Made by a program: the position numbers and the translations under genes. A stretch of 24,922 bases of DNA, from positions 1 to 24,922 of the forward strand of contig JBJTQJ010000080.1 of assembly GCA_046075565.1 (NCBI GenBank), written 5' to 3'. The DNA comes from Verrucomicrobiales bacterium (GTDB taxonomy: Bacteria; Verrucomicrobiota; Verrucomicrobiia; Verrucomicrobiales; SLCJ01). The notes under the pieces were generated by a model that saw nothing but the letters and a program-made list of their open reading frames with translations, was not told the DNA's origin and made no database searches. This document shows, piece by piece, positions 1 through 7,979 of this stretch (positions are counted from its first letter, which is position 1; each line of letters begins with the position of its first letter).

Positions 1-813
1 CATGTTCCGCCCCAAGTGCATGCTGTAGGCGACGGTGCTGGTATTGCTGGCGACGACATTGAGCGTCCCGGTGCCGGAAACCTTGTAAGCGACATCCCGA
101 CCGGCATTGCTGCCGATGTTGGTCCCAATGTTGGTCGTCGCAGTTGCGTTTTGATCCCCCATCGTATGAGTTCCGCCGCTCAGGTTGATGCTGGCGTTGT
201 TTAGCGAGCCGATCGTCTGTCGATATGTCCCGGCGGTGAGATTGACCGTGCCGGCCCCTGAGAAGTTCCATTGTGTCCTGTTGCTGCTACCGCTTGAATT
301 ACCGCCTCCAAGATTCAGCACGCTGCCGGAATTCACGGTGATCGTGGCGCTGGTATTGTGAATATAGCCAAGCAAGGAGTTGATGGTGGCGGTCTTGTCT
401 GCGGCGACCGTTATCGGACCGTTGGTGGTCGTGGTGGGGTTTAACGCGAGCGTGCTGCCGGTGATTTGATAGCCGCTGCTATTGAAGGTAATGGACTCGG
501 CCGCCATTGGGGAGCCGAGCGTCACGACATACTGGTTTAGCGTCCCATCCGCTCCGGCGAAGATCGCGGCGTTGCTGCCGTCGTTGGTGGCGGTCTGGGA
601 CCAGATCAGATTGGGCGTGGTGCCGTCGTTCCAAACCGTATTTCCCGCGGTGGTGTTCCAGTTGCCAATGCCGGCGGTGATGGTGGAACCGTCACCACCA
701 ACGGTATCCCAGGTAAGGGAGGCGGCAGAAGCGGAGGCAGCGAATCCCGCCAGGGCGATGGCGGATGCGACGGGTAGGGACAGGCGGGCTTGGTTGAGGA
801 TACCGGTTTTCAT
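1..813 (-). CDS. Secreted Gly/Thr/Asn-rich beta-strand-repeat protein (autotransporter-associated-repeat / PEP-CTERM-type exoprotein); N-terminal part only, runs off the window edge
   Basis: Not in the ORF track because its stop lies outside the window. Manual translation from ATG at 813: MKTGILNQARLSLPVASAIALAGFAASASAASLTWDTVGGDGSTITAGIGNWNTTAGNTVWNDG...AIFAG...ITFNSSGYQITGSTLAL..., open to base 1. Signal peptide plus a WD...W...W...AIF-G N-terminal pattern typical of verrucomicrobial beta-repeat exoproteins. Confidence 0.85.
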   Translation of the reverse strand, partial: MKTGILNQARLSLPVASAIALAGFAASASAASLTWDTVGGDGSTITAGIGNWNTTAGNTVWNDGTTPNLIWSQTATNDGSNAAIFAGADGTLNQYVVTLGSPMAAESITFNSSGYQITGSTLALNPTTTTNGPITVAADKTATINSLLGYIHNTSATITVNSGSVLNLGGGNSSGSSNRTQWNFSGAGTVNLTAGTYRQTIGSLNNASINLSGGTHTMGDQNATATTNIGTNIGSNAGRDVAYKVSGTGTLNVVASNTSTVAYSMHLGRNM

Positions 814-873
814 GGCTTCGGGTGGGATGGGGATGCGCTCAGCTCCGGAAAATCGTGCAATGTTTCCAAGCTG

Positions 874-909
874 ATGAAACGATTTTTCACTTTTCCCGGA
901 GTATGTCAA
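874..909 (-). promoter_or_regulatory. Putative sigma-70 promoter (TTGACA at 909-904) overlapping a LacI-type operator (TGAAACGATTTTT)
   Basis: Minus strand reads TTGACA-N14-TGAAAAATCGTTTCA; same layout and spacing as 6755-6790. Confidence 0.55.
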
Positions 910-976
910 TGGCAATTTTTCAATTGGAGGCAATTTTCGGGTGAGGGTTCGCTTTTCTTGGGAAGAAGGGGCGGTC

Positions 977-3900
977 TCAGTTCGGTGCGATGATCCCGGC
1001 GCGGATGAATTGCCGGGGTTCGTCGCCGATGGGGGTGGTACCGCGGAAGAGCAGGTGGTTCTCCCCGTCTTCGACAACCACACAATGTGGTGGACCGCTT
1101 TGCCAGGAGGACAGGTTGGTTTTTGAAATGGAGCCGAAGATCCCGACATTGCGGCGGCGTTGCCGGGGAACAAAATACTCGAGGAAGATTTCGCCATTCT
1201 CCGAACCCTTGCGCAGTTCGGCGCGCGCGACCGATGAGCCGAGCCGCGGGTTGGTGCCGAACGCGTATTCCCAGATGGTTTTCTCCCCATCGCCATCGGC
1301 GTCGTTGTTCCACTGGCTGATGGGCAGGCTGAGCGTGGGATCAATATCGCCGAAGGTGCGGAAGCGCCAGGATTCGGGGTCTAACAGATCCTGGTTCACC
1401 CCGGTGTCGCCAAGCGCGTTGTAGCTGGCGACCTCGATCACGATATCCTCGACGCCGGGGTCGAGCGCGGCGGTGGTGGTGGTCGCGCCGGAGGGCAGTT
1501 CGGCGATGATTTCAGGTTCGCCACCGTTGACCTTCTTCCGGATGACATAACCGAGTTCGCTGTTGGCGGCGTCGGACCAGGTGAGTTGGATGCTGTTGGG
1601 ATTGAGAAACTGCATCTGCAGCGATCCGGGGGCCACCGGTGCGGCGACCGGGGCGGGTGAGAATTCCCGCGAAGCGTCGCCGAACTGCCGGAATGGCCGG
1701 CTGGGAATACCACCGATGTATTCGGCGAGCCGTTTCTTGAGCGTGTAGGTGGTGGCGGGTTCCTGCCCGTGGATGTTGGTGTTTTCGTTCGGATCGGTGA
1801 TCAGATTGTAAAGTTGGTCGTCGTCGTAATAGGTTGGTTTGGTGGCGGCCACCAGTGAGCCGAGCGAGGAATTGTTGACGTAGTAGGGACGCGGTTCGGT
1901 GTTCAGACCGGTGACATGGTTCGGCCATAGGAATCCGCTGGCGATCTGCGTGTAGACCGAAGGCGTGTATCGCAAGGCGATGTATTTCCGGTCCTTGGTG
2001 CGAACGGCACGGGCATATCCAATCTCGCAGAAAAGGTCTTCCCTCACGGCGGCGCTGCCTCCGTTGAGCACGGGCGCGAGATTAACACCGTCCACCGGGC
2101 GAGTCGGCAACGCGGAGGCACCGGCCAGTTCAAGCAACGTGGGTGCGATATCCACTTGGCTGACGATTTCGCCATAGACGCGCCCGGGGCTGGTGATGCC
2201 GTTGGGCCAGTTCATCACCAGCGGGACTTTCATGCCGAGGTCGTAGAGCGAGGACTTACCCCAGATGAGCGGGCCATAGAGCGTTTTCTCACCATGGTCG
2301 GAGGTGAAAATGATCAGCGTGTCGTTGCGAATACCGTGCTGGGTAAGTTTGTTCAAGATGGCGAGGACCGAGTAATCAAGCCAGGTTTCACGGGCGGAGA
2401 TAAGGTCCTTGCCCGCGGCGGTCACCTGATCGATAATCGCCTGTCGTGCCGGCATGAACGAGTAATCCTCGTTGGGCAAATAACCCTCGCCGGTGAATCG
2501 CACGTCGGCCCGCAGCGTCTTGGTGAGGTCGTTTCTCACGGGGCCGTGGTTGATGGTGGGCGCCATGTAGAGGAAGAATCGCTCGTTGTGGTTCTCCTCG
2601 ATGAAATCGAGCGCGCCTTTGGTGATCCACTCCTGGTTGTGGACGTTGAGGGCGTCGTTGCAGAGTTCGAGCAGGTTCGCCTTGTAATAGCTATTCACGT
2701 AGTCGAAGCCGAAAGCGCGCATGCGCTGGCAAAGCACGCGGTGGTTATGCTTCATCTTGGCATTGGTGGCGGCGTCGGTGGCGGGGTTGGCGGTTTGCGC
2801 GTAGGTCAACAAACCCTTGGCCGCCCAGGCGGATGTGTTGTTGAGATCGTCATCGGTGAGGTGGCCTTTGCCGACCATGCCGGTGCGGTAGCCGGCTTGC
2901 CGGAGCCAGGCACCGAGATTCTGGTTGTCCGTTTCCAGTTCCGTGTCGGAAACCCCGAATCGCCCGAGCGTGTTCAGCGGGTAACGGGCGATGAACTGCG
3001 CGCTGGTGTTGCGCGACGCCCATCGACCGGTCATCAGGGCGTAGCGAGACGGCCCGCAGACCGTTGAGGCGGCGAAGGCGGAAGTGAAACGGACGCCGGT
3101 GGAGGCGAGCGTGTCCATGGTCGGAGTGATGCTGCTGCGGCCTTCGAAATTGAAGTGCTGGCCGGCGGCCTGGTCATCGGTGTTGATGATGATGATATTC
3201 GGCCCGGTCGCGGCGTTCTGGGCGACGACCTCGTAATAGAGGGAGGTCGAGGTGAGAACCAGATCCAGGCGGCGATTTGGCGGCAAATCGAAATTGCGGG
3301 TGCGGATTCCGCCCGTGCTGCCGGAAAACGAGCCGAAATTCGCGAGCGTGAAACGATCGCCGACGTTGAACGGACCGGTGGCGTTCGTGCCATCGAGGAC
3401 CCACTGCGCTCCGAGGTCGAGCACGAGCTTCGCTGGACCAAGTTGAAGCGGCGCGGCGCCTCCGGGGCCCGGTTTGGTTTCGATGGTGGCCGCCGAACCG
3501 ATGGCGAACTCGTCGCTGGCGGAGGATCCGGCTTGGCCAAAGGAAATGCCGGAGCCGTTCAGGACCAACCTGACCATCTTTTCGAGATTGCGTCCGATGA
3601 CCATCGACTTCATGGTCAGCGCGCCGTTGCCGGTCAAAGTGAGCGAGCCGTTGTTGATGGTGAGTTCGGCAGGACCGCTCGCGACCGCGCTGTTCACGAC
3701 CACGTTGAAGCCGTCGATGAGTGCGTTCGCCGGGGCGACCGGCAGGACGTCCGGATTCCAGTTCGTGGCGGTGGTCCACAGGCTGTTGCCGGAGCCGTTG
3801 TCGAAAACCACGGAGCCCGGCGGTGCCGTGGGGCCGGAAACCGCGAAGGTGAAGCCGGCAATCCCCGCCCCGGTGGTGGCGCCGATACCGGGGATCTCTC

Positions 3901-5197
3901 GGAAAGTGAGGGTCTGGCCGTTGGCAAGCGGTAGATTGGGCAGGGCGAGGGTTCCAGTCGCGCCCGTCATGTTAGGAAAGTCACTGTTCGTCGTTCCGTT
4001 GGAAACCCGCATGTCCCCACCGGCCCCATCGACGTAGGACCAACCCTTGACAGCCAGGGTCAAACCGGCGGGCGCGTTGAATGTCCAGGTCAATGTTTCC
4101 GGCGTCGAATTCGTGTCGCCGGCACCATAGTTCAAGCCATCGACCCGGTTCGAGTTTTCCCCCTGGATGCCGATGCCACCGCCACCCAGTTCGGTGATGG
4201 TGAGGGTCGCCCCGCCGGACTGGCTTCCGACCAGCGTGAAGGATTGCCCGAAGAGCGCCGGGTTGGCCACGGAACCGACGTTGGCTTTGTCCCATTCCGC
4301 CACCATCGCGGCAAAGGTGCTGTTGGCGCTGCTGGTGGAGGCATCAAGCGCGATCACACCCGTGCTGCCAATCGAGAAAGCCAGGGTGATGGTGGCCGAT
4401 GCACCGCCGGCGCCAATAAACGGCGGCGTCGGCCCGAAGCCTGTGCCGCTGTTCGCGAAGCTCACCACCGTGTCCGCGGCGGCCGGGGGTGTGCCGAGGA
4501 TTTCGAAGGTGAATCCTCCCAGACCCGCGCCGCTGCTGGAATCAGGGGTTTCGCCAAAGGTCAGGGTGCCGCCGTTTTCTAAAACCAGCGGGCTCGTAAC
4601 AAGATCGAACGCGGCGCTTCCCGATGCCGCGACATTGACAAAATCCTGAAGGTTCGTGCCATTGGAGAATCGCATGTCGGCGCCGGTTCCAGCGACCCAT
4701 GTCCAACTCTTGAAACGCAGGCTCATGCCGGGTGGAGCCGTCAATTCGATATTGAGCGCTTCCACCCCCCCTAGGTTGCGGCCGTCCACGCGGTTCGAGT
4801 CCTGCCCTTCCACTCCGAGCCCTCCACCATTCAGCGTGGTGATGCTCAGGCGCGGGACCTCGCTTTCCTCCCTCAGAGGCACGATCTTCAGGCTAAAGGA
4901 GGAGTTGAAAAACCCGCTATTCGAAGTTGTGCCCGCCGTGCCGGCCGGCCGATCAAATTGATTGACCAGATTCACGAAGGTCGTGTTGGTATTTGTGGTC
5001 GAAGCGTCCAGTGAAACCGCGCCCGCGCCATCGATTGTATAAGCGAGCGTGATGGTGTCGTTTCCGGACGGGTTCGCCGCCGTGCGGAATGTTCCGCTAT
5101 CCACCGGACCCGCATTGGCAAAGCTGGCCGCGATCTCCGCCCGGACGTCGGGGGAGAGCAACAGCAGCGAGAACAGGAAAAGAAATCGGATGGACAT
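977..5197 (-). CDS. Secreted multidomain formylglycine-dependent (S1) sulfatase: signal peptide, two tandem ~210-aa domains, beta-repeat-like segment, sulfatase domain, FN3 domain, verrucomicrobial C-terminal DADGDG..EYAFGTNP domain
   Basis: 1406-aa ORF; PNIIIINTDDQ, CGPSR (CxPxR, 3044-3058), GYRTGMVGKGH, IIFTSDHG, LYNLITDPNE; FN3-like LTWSDAANSELGYVIRK. Confidence 0.93.
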   Translation of the reverse strand: MSIRFLFLFSLLLLSPDVRAEIAASFANAGPVDSGTFRTAANPSGNDTITLAYTIDGAGAVSLDASTTNTNTTFVNLVNQFDRPAGTAGTTSNSGFFNSSFSLKIVPLREESEVPRLSITTLNGGGLGVEGQDSNRVDGRNLGGVEALNIELTAPPGMSLRFKSWTWVAGTGADMRFSNGTNLQDFVNVAASGSAAFDLVTSPLVLENGGTLTFGETPDSSSGAGLGGFTFEILGTPPAAADTVVSFANSGTGFGPTPPFIGAGGASATITLAFSIGSTGVIALDASTSSANSTFAAMVAEWDKANVGSVANPALFGQSFTLVGSQSGGATLTITELGGGGIGIQGENSNRVDGLNYGAGDTNSTPETLTWTFNAPAGLTLAVKGWSYVDGAGGDMRVSNGTTNSDFPNMTGATGTLALPNLPLANGQTLTFREIPGIGATTGAGIAGFTFAVSGPTAPPGSVVFDNGSGNSLWTTATNWNPDVLPVAPANALIDGFNVVVNSAVASGPAELTINNGSLTLTGNGALTMKSMVIGRNLEKMVRLVLNGSGISFGQAGSSASDEFAIGSAATIETKPGPGGAAPLQLGPAKLVLDLGAQWVLDGTNATGPFNVGDRFTLANFGSFSGSTGGIRTRNFDLPPNRRLDLVLTSTSLYYEVVAQNAATGPNIIIINTDDQAAGQHFNFEGRSSITPTMDTLASTGVRFTSAFAASTVCGPSRYALMTGRWASRNTSAQFIARYPLNTLGRFGVSDTELETDNQNLGAWLRQAGYRTGMVGKGHLTDDDLNNTSAWAAKGLLTYAQTANPATDAATNAKMKHNHRVLCQRMRAFGFDYVNSYYKANLLELCNDALNVHNQEWITKGALDFIEENHNERFFLYMAPTINHGPVRNDLTKTLRADVRFTGEGYLPNEDYSFMPARQAIIDQVTAAGKDLISARETWLDYSVLAILNKLTQHGIRNDTLIIFTSDHGEKTLYGPLIWGKSSLYDLGMKVPLVMNWPNGITSPGRVYGEIVSQVDIAPTLLELAGASALPTRPVDGVNLAPVLNGGSAAVREDLFCEIGYARAVRTKDRKYIALRYTPSVYTQIASGFLWPNHVTGLNTEPRPYYVNNSSLGSLVAATKPTYYDDDQLYNLITDPNENTNIHGQEPATTYTLKKRLAEYIGGIPSRPFRQFGDASREFSPAPVAAPVAPGSLQMQFLNPNSIQLTWSDAANSELGYVIRKKVNGGEPEIIAELPSGATTTTAALDPGVEDIVIEVASYNALGDTGVNQDLLDPESWRFRTFGDIDPTLSLPISQWNNDADGDGEKTIWEYAFGTNPRLGSSVARAELRKGSENGEIFLEYFVPRQRRRNVGIFGSISKTNLSSWQSGPPHCVVVEDGENHLLFRGTTPIGDEPRQFIRAGIIAPN

Positions 5198-5261
5198 GGA
5201 GATGGGTTTTTTGGGAAAACGGGTGGTTACGCCTGAAGGAGAAATGAACCTTCAAAGGAAA

Positions 5262-5432
5262 ATGGAACCACAGATTTCACAGATGGGCACCCTACGCCGC
5301 CCTGCGGGCTATGAAGGGCAAACGGATTTTCAAAGAATTGCAAGGCTTGCACCTCTCTGTCCAGTGGATGAAGAATCTTTGTTTCATAGCATCCTCAATA
5401 TCTGTGTTTTCTGTGTAATCTGTGATTTTCAT
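5262..5432. repeat. Imperfect inverted-repeat element built of ~9-bp CACAGAT units, with a small palindromic insert nested in the left arm
   Basis: Left arm ATGGAACCACAGATTTCACAGATGGGCAC[insert]GGAT; right arm (5400-5432) reverse-complemented reads ATGAAAATCACAGATTACACAGAAAACACAGAT. Confidence 0.7.
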
Positions 5433-5547
5433 GTCAGAGTGGAAGCGCATGCCCTACGGAAAAAAATGGGGCCGCCGCCCCTCCAGACGGCGACCCCGGG
5501 ATTCCCGGGAGAAAACCCCTTAACTTCCGGGAAAGCTTGGAAAAGGT

Positions 5548-5619
5548 TGAAGGATGAGGTATGAAGGATGAAGGGTATGAGACTCAAGACTGCAAGACAC
5601 AAGACGCAAGATGCGAAGC
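5548..5619 (+). repeat. Two adjacent heptanucleotide tandem arrays: (TGARGKR)x4 then (CAAGAYN)x4
   Basis: TGAAGGA TGAGGTA TGAAGGA TGAAGGG ... CAAGACTG CAAGACA CAAGACG CAAGATG. Confidence 0.8.
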
Positions 5620-6696
5620 TTCGTTCATCGGGCCACGCCACGTCTCCGCCGCAGGGCCGGCGGTGAGAAGAAGGCCGCCCAGCGCGCTGGTCGGTTCGGG
5701 GATGACGGTGAAGCTGCCGCTGAAGCCACTGAAGATGCCGTCAACCACGGCCCAAGCCGAGCCAGTGCCGTCAAAACCGTAGTCGCCAACGTTACGGGAT
5801 GCGAAGGCCCAAGTCTCTCCTGCGAAGAAGTTCGTCCCCGCATGAGCCCATGCGCTGGTGTGGGTATTCCAGAAGGCAAGGCGGCTATCGGAGGCCAAGC
5901 CGGCGACCGTGAGCTGCACGACATAGTTGTCCGTTCCCGTCGTGCCGGAGAGATTGAAGATATCCGAGCGGCGGGCACCGTCATTGGTGGCGGCGGAGGT
6001 GTCGCTGAAGCTCATGGTCAGGGAGGTGGCCGAACCGCTATTGGTGCCTGCCAGGATTGCCGCGGTGGTGTCGGGATTGCCGCCGGCGAACGAACTCTTC
6101 AACACGCCGCTGGTGCCGGTGGTGTAGTCGTCGTCCGTGCTCATTCCGTCAGCGGCCGCCACCAGACGGATCACGCTCGAACTGGCATTGCTGTTCGAGA
6201 AGGTGATGTCGTTGGTGATGGTGATGCCCGAATTGATCTGTAGATCCGCCTTGGTGGCACCGGTGAGCGTGATTCCGTTGGTGCCGGCCGCGCTGTTATG
6301 GGCAAGCTCCAGCTTGCCCGCCGTGAGGGTCGTCCCACCGGTGTAGTCGTTGTTGCCGGAGAGGGTGATGGCACCTTCCTCAAAGGTCAGCTTCCGTGCC
6401 GTCTGCGATCCGTCCACCGTGACGGTGCCGCCGGTGCAATTCGTACCGGCGGAGAAGAAAAGGTCATCTACACCGGTGGTGGCGATGTTGGCGGTGGCGA
6501 GCAGGCCGGCGACATCCGTGCTCCAGAAAAGATCGGGGCCCCATGTTCCTGCACCGGATCCGGAGTCTGCTGTGGCGTCATTGGTGTCCCAATAGAGATT
6601 CGCTGCAGACGCGGTAGACGCCGCGAATAGCGCGGCAATGCCGGCGGCGAAGGGGAAGGTCAGGCGGGCTTGGCTGAGGAGACGGGTCTTTTTCAA
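5584..6696 (-). CDS. PEP-CTERM exosortase-target protein with one autotransporter-associated beta-strand repeat; sorting signal frameshifted near 5655 (intact reading would end at 5625)
   Basis: TTG start, signal peptide ...ASAANLYWD, repeat ITLSGNNDYTGGTTLTAGKLEL, C-terminal VIPEPTSALGGLLLTAG. The Arg tail LRRRRGVAR* is in another frame. Confidence 0.85.
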   Translation of the reverse strand: MKKTRLLSQARLTFPFAAGIAALFAASTASAANLYWDTNDATADSGSGAGTWGPDLFWSTDVAGLLATANIATTGVDDLFFSAGTNCTGGTVTVDGSQTARKLTFEEGAITLSGNNDYTGGTTLTAGKLELAHNSAAGTNGITLTGATKADLQINSGITITNDITFSNSNASSSVIRLVAAADGMSTDDDYTTGTSGVLKSSFAGGNPDTTAAILAGTNSGSATSLTMSFSDTSAATNDGARRSDIFNLSGTTGTDNYVVQLTVAGLASDSRLAFWNTHTSAWAHAGTNFFAGETWAFASRNVGDYGFDGTGSAWAVVDGIFSGFSGSFTVIPEPTSALGGLLLTAGPAAETWRGPMNEASHLASCVLQS

Positions 6697-6754
6697 AGGT
6701 TCGGGAGGGATGGGTTGGAATTAAATGCTGGGCAGTATGGTATTTTTCCGGCCG

Positions 6755-6790
6755 GTAAAACGATTATTCATTCTTCTTTGAATTAGTCAA
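6755..6790 (-). promoter_or_regulatory. Putative sigma-70 promoter (TTGACT-N16-AATAAT) overlapping a LacI-type operator (GTAAAACGATTATT)
   Basis: Minus strand TTGACT-N14-TGAATAATCGTTTTA, ~60 bp upstream of the TTG start. Confidence 0.6.
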
Positions 6791-6924
6791 TGAGAATTTT
6801 GCAGGATTCAAAAATCTCCTGTTAATCGTTTGGACCCGGGAGATCTGAGTCCGGAATTGGCGGATGGTTGTGAAGTATTGGAAAAACTCCGCAGTTTTCG
6901 CCCTGCCCGGTCGGGAGGCCCGGT

Positions 6925-7665
6925 TTATCTGCCGGAAGTGAGCACATCGGTGGTCATCTTCTTGTCTTTGATTTCCTCGACCGTCAGGGCCTGCACCCGA
7001 CCGTCAACGGTGCAGACATTGGCCTTATTGTTGTGACGAACCGCCGGACCGTGGTCGCCCCACTTGTCGGCACCGGGCCAGATGGCATACCAAGGAACCG
7101 AGGGATCGTCCTTGCTTCGGGTGGCATCTCCGACCAACCAAGTATAGGCGGGTTCGGCGATCTGGCTCACTTTGAGCGAGCCTTTTTCACTGACCCCGGT
7201 CGGGCTGTTCTCCTCGTAGACGAAAATGGCATTTTCCACCACGCCGTAGCCACCGTAATTCACGCTTGGGTTATTGGGCGGGCATTTGCTACAAGTCCAG
7301 ACGCCGCTTCCGCACGGAGCTTCGCCCTTCCCATTCCAGTTGGTGATGTAACCGGCGGCGGCCAGTTGGTAGGTCCAAACCGGCGGGCGGTTGCCTTCCT
7401 TGTTTTTGGCCCCCTGCAGGGCGATGAATTTATTGTTGTTTTCCGCGGCATGCATGAGCAGGGCGCCCCCGACCTGTTTCAAATTCGACATGCAGGTGGC
7501 GGAGCGGGCCGCCTCGCGGGTGTGATTGACCCCTGAGAAAATCAAAACGGCCAAAACCCCGATGATCACCATCACGATAAGCAACTCGATGAGGGTAAAC
7601 CCCTTGGCGAACTGTCGCGGCGGGAACTCTCGGGCCGAGTTTCTGCGGATACCTTGCGCTTTCAT
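6925..7665 (-). CDS. Prepilin-type N-terminal cleavage/methylation protein with H-X9-DG C-terminal motif (DUF1559/SBP_bac_10-like pseudopilin)
   Basis: KGFTLIELLIVMVIIGVLAVL, REAARSATCMSNLKQVG, RHNNKANVCTVDGRV. ATG at 7665 preferred over the ORF-track start at 7755, which falls on the promoter -35 box. Confidence 0.92.
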   Translation of the reverse strand: MKAQGIRRNSAREFPPRQFAKGFTLIELLIVMVIIGVLAVLIFSGVNHTREAARSATCMSNLKQVGGALLMHAAENNNKFIALQGAKNKEGNRPPVWTYQLAAAGYITNWNGKGEAPCGSGVWTCSKCPPNNPSVNYGGYGVVENAIFVYEENSPTGVSEKGSLKVSQIAEPAYTWLVGDATRSKDDPSVPWYAIWPGADKWGDHGPAVRHNNKANVCTVDGRVQALTVEEIKDKKMTTDVLTSGR

Positions 7666-7726
7666 ATGGGTATTTTCGGGATTGGGGGCAACCTTCGTCC
7701 GAGGGCACTCGCACGATTGTCTTCCC

Positions 7727-7755
7727 ATTGATAAAACGTTTCTGCAATTTGTCAA
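7727..7755 (-). promoter_or_regulatory. Putative sigma-70 promoter (TTGACA) with LacI-type operator ATAAAACGTTTCTG between -35 and -10
   Basis: Near-palindrome AAAACGTTTC with central CG, typical of LacI/GalR sites, in the divergent region between the pseudopilin and the LacI gene. Confidence 0.6.
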
Positions 7756-7979
7756 CTACGAAATTTTCCCGGGGAATTCTGAAAATGGCCTTGGCCAATC
7801 CCCCTCGACAGGGGGCCGAAATTCGCTAGGTTCCGCCCGATGACTCCGAAACTTCCGCTCCCATGCCACCGGGGCGATCCGCCGGCTGGTTCTCGGAATG
7901 CCCGAAATCCCTCGCTCGCGATCTCCCCCGCCCCGTCCGCCTTCGTCGTGCGGATTGTTCACCACCACATCTTCCGGCC

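Noticed and set aside
7863-7979. N-terminal extensions in the ORF track (LacI; likewise 7666-7755, 10739-10843, 12073-12186, 15854-15943, 21928-21966)
   Set aside because: Family motifs or signal peptides begin at the downstream starts, and several extensions overlap promoters or neighbouring genes.
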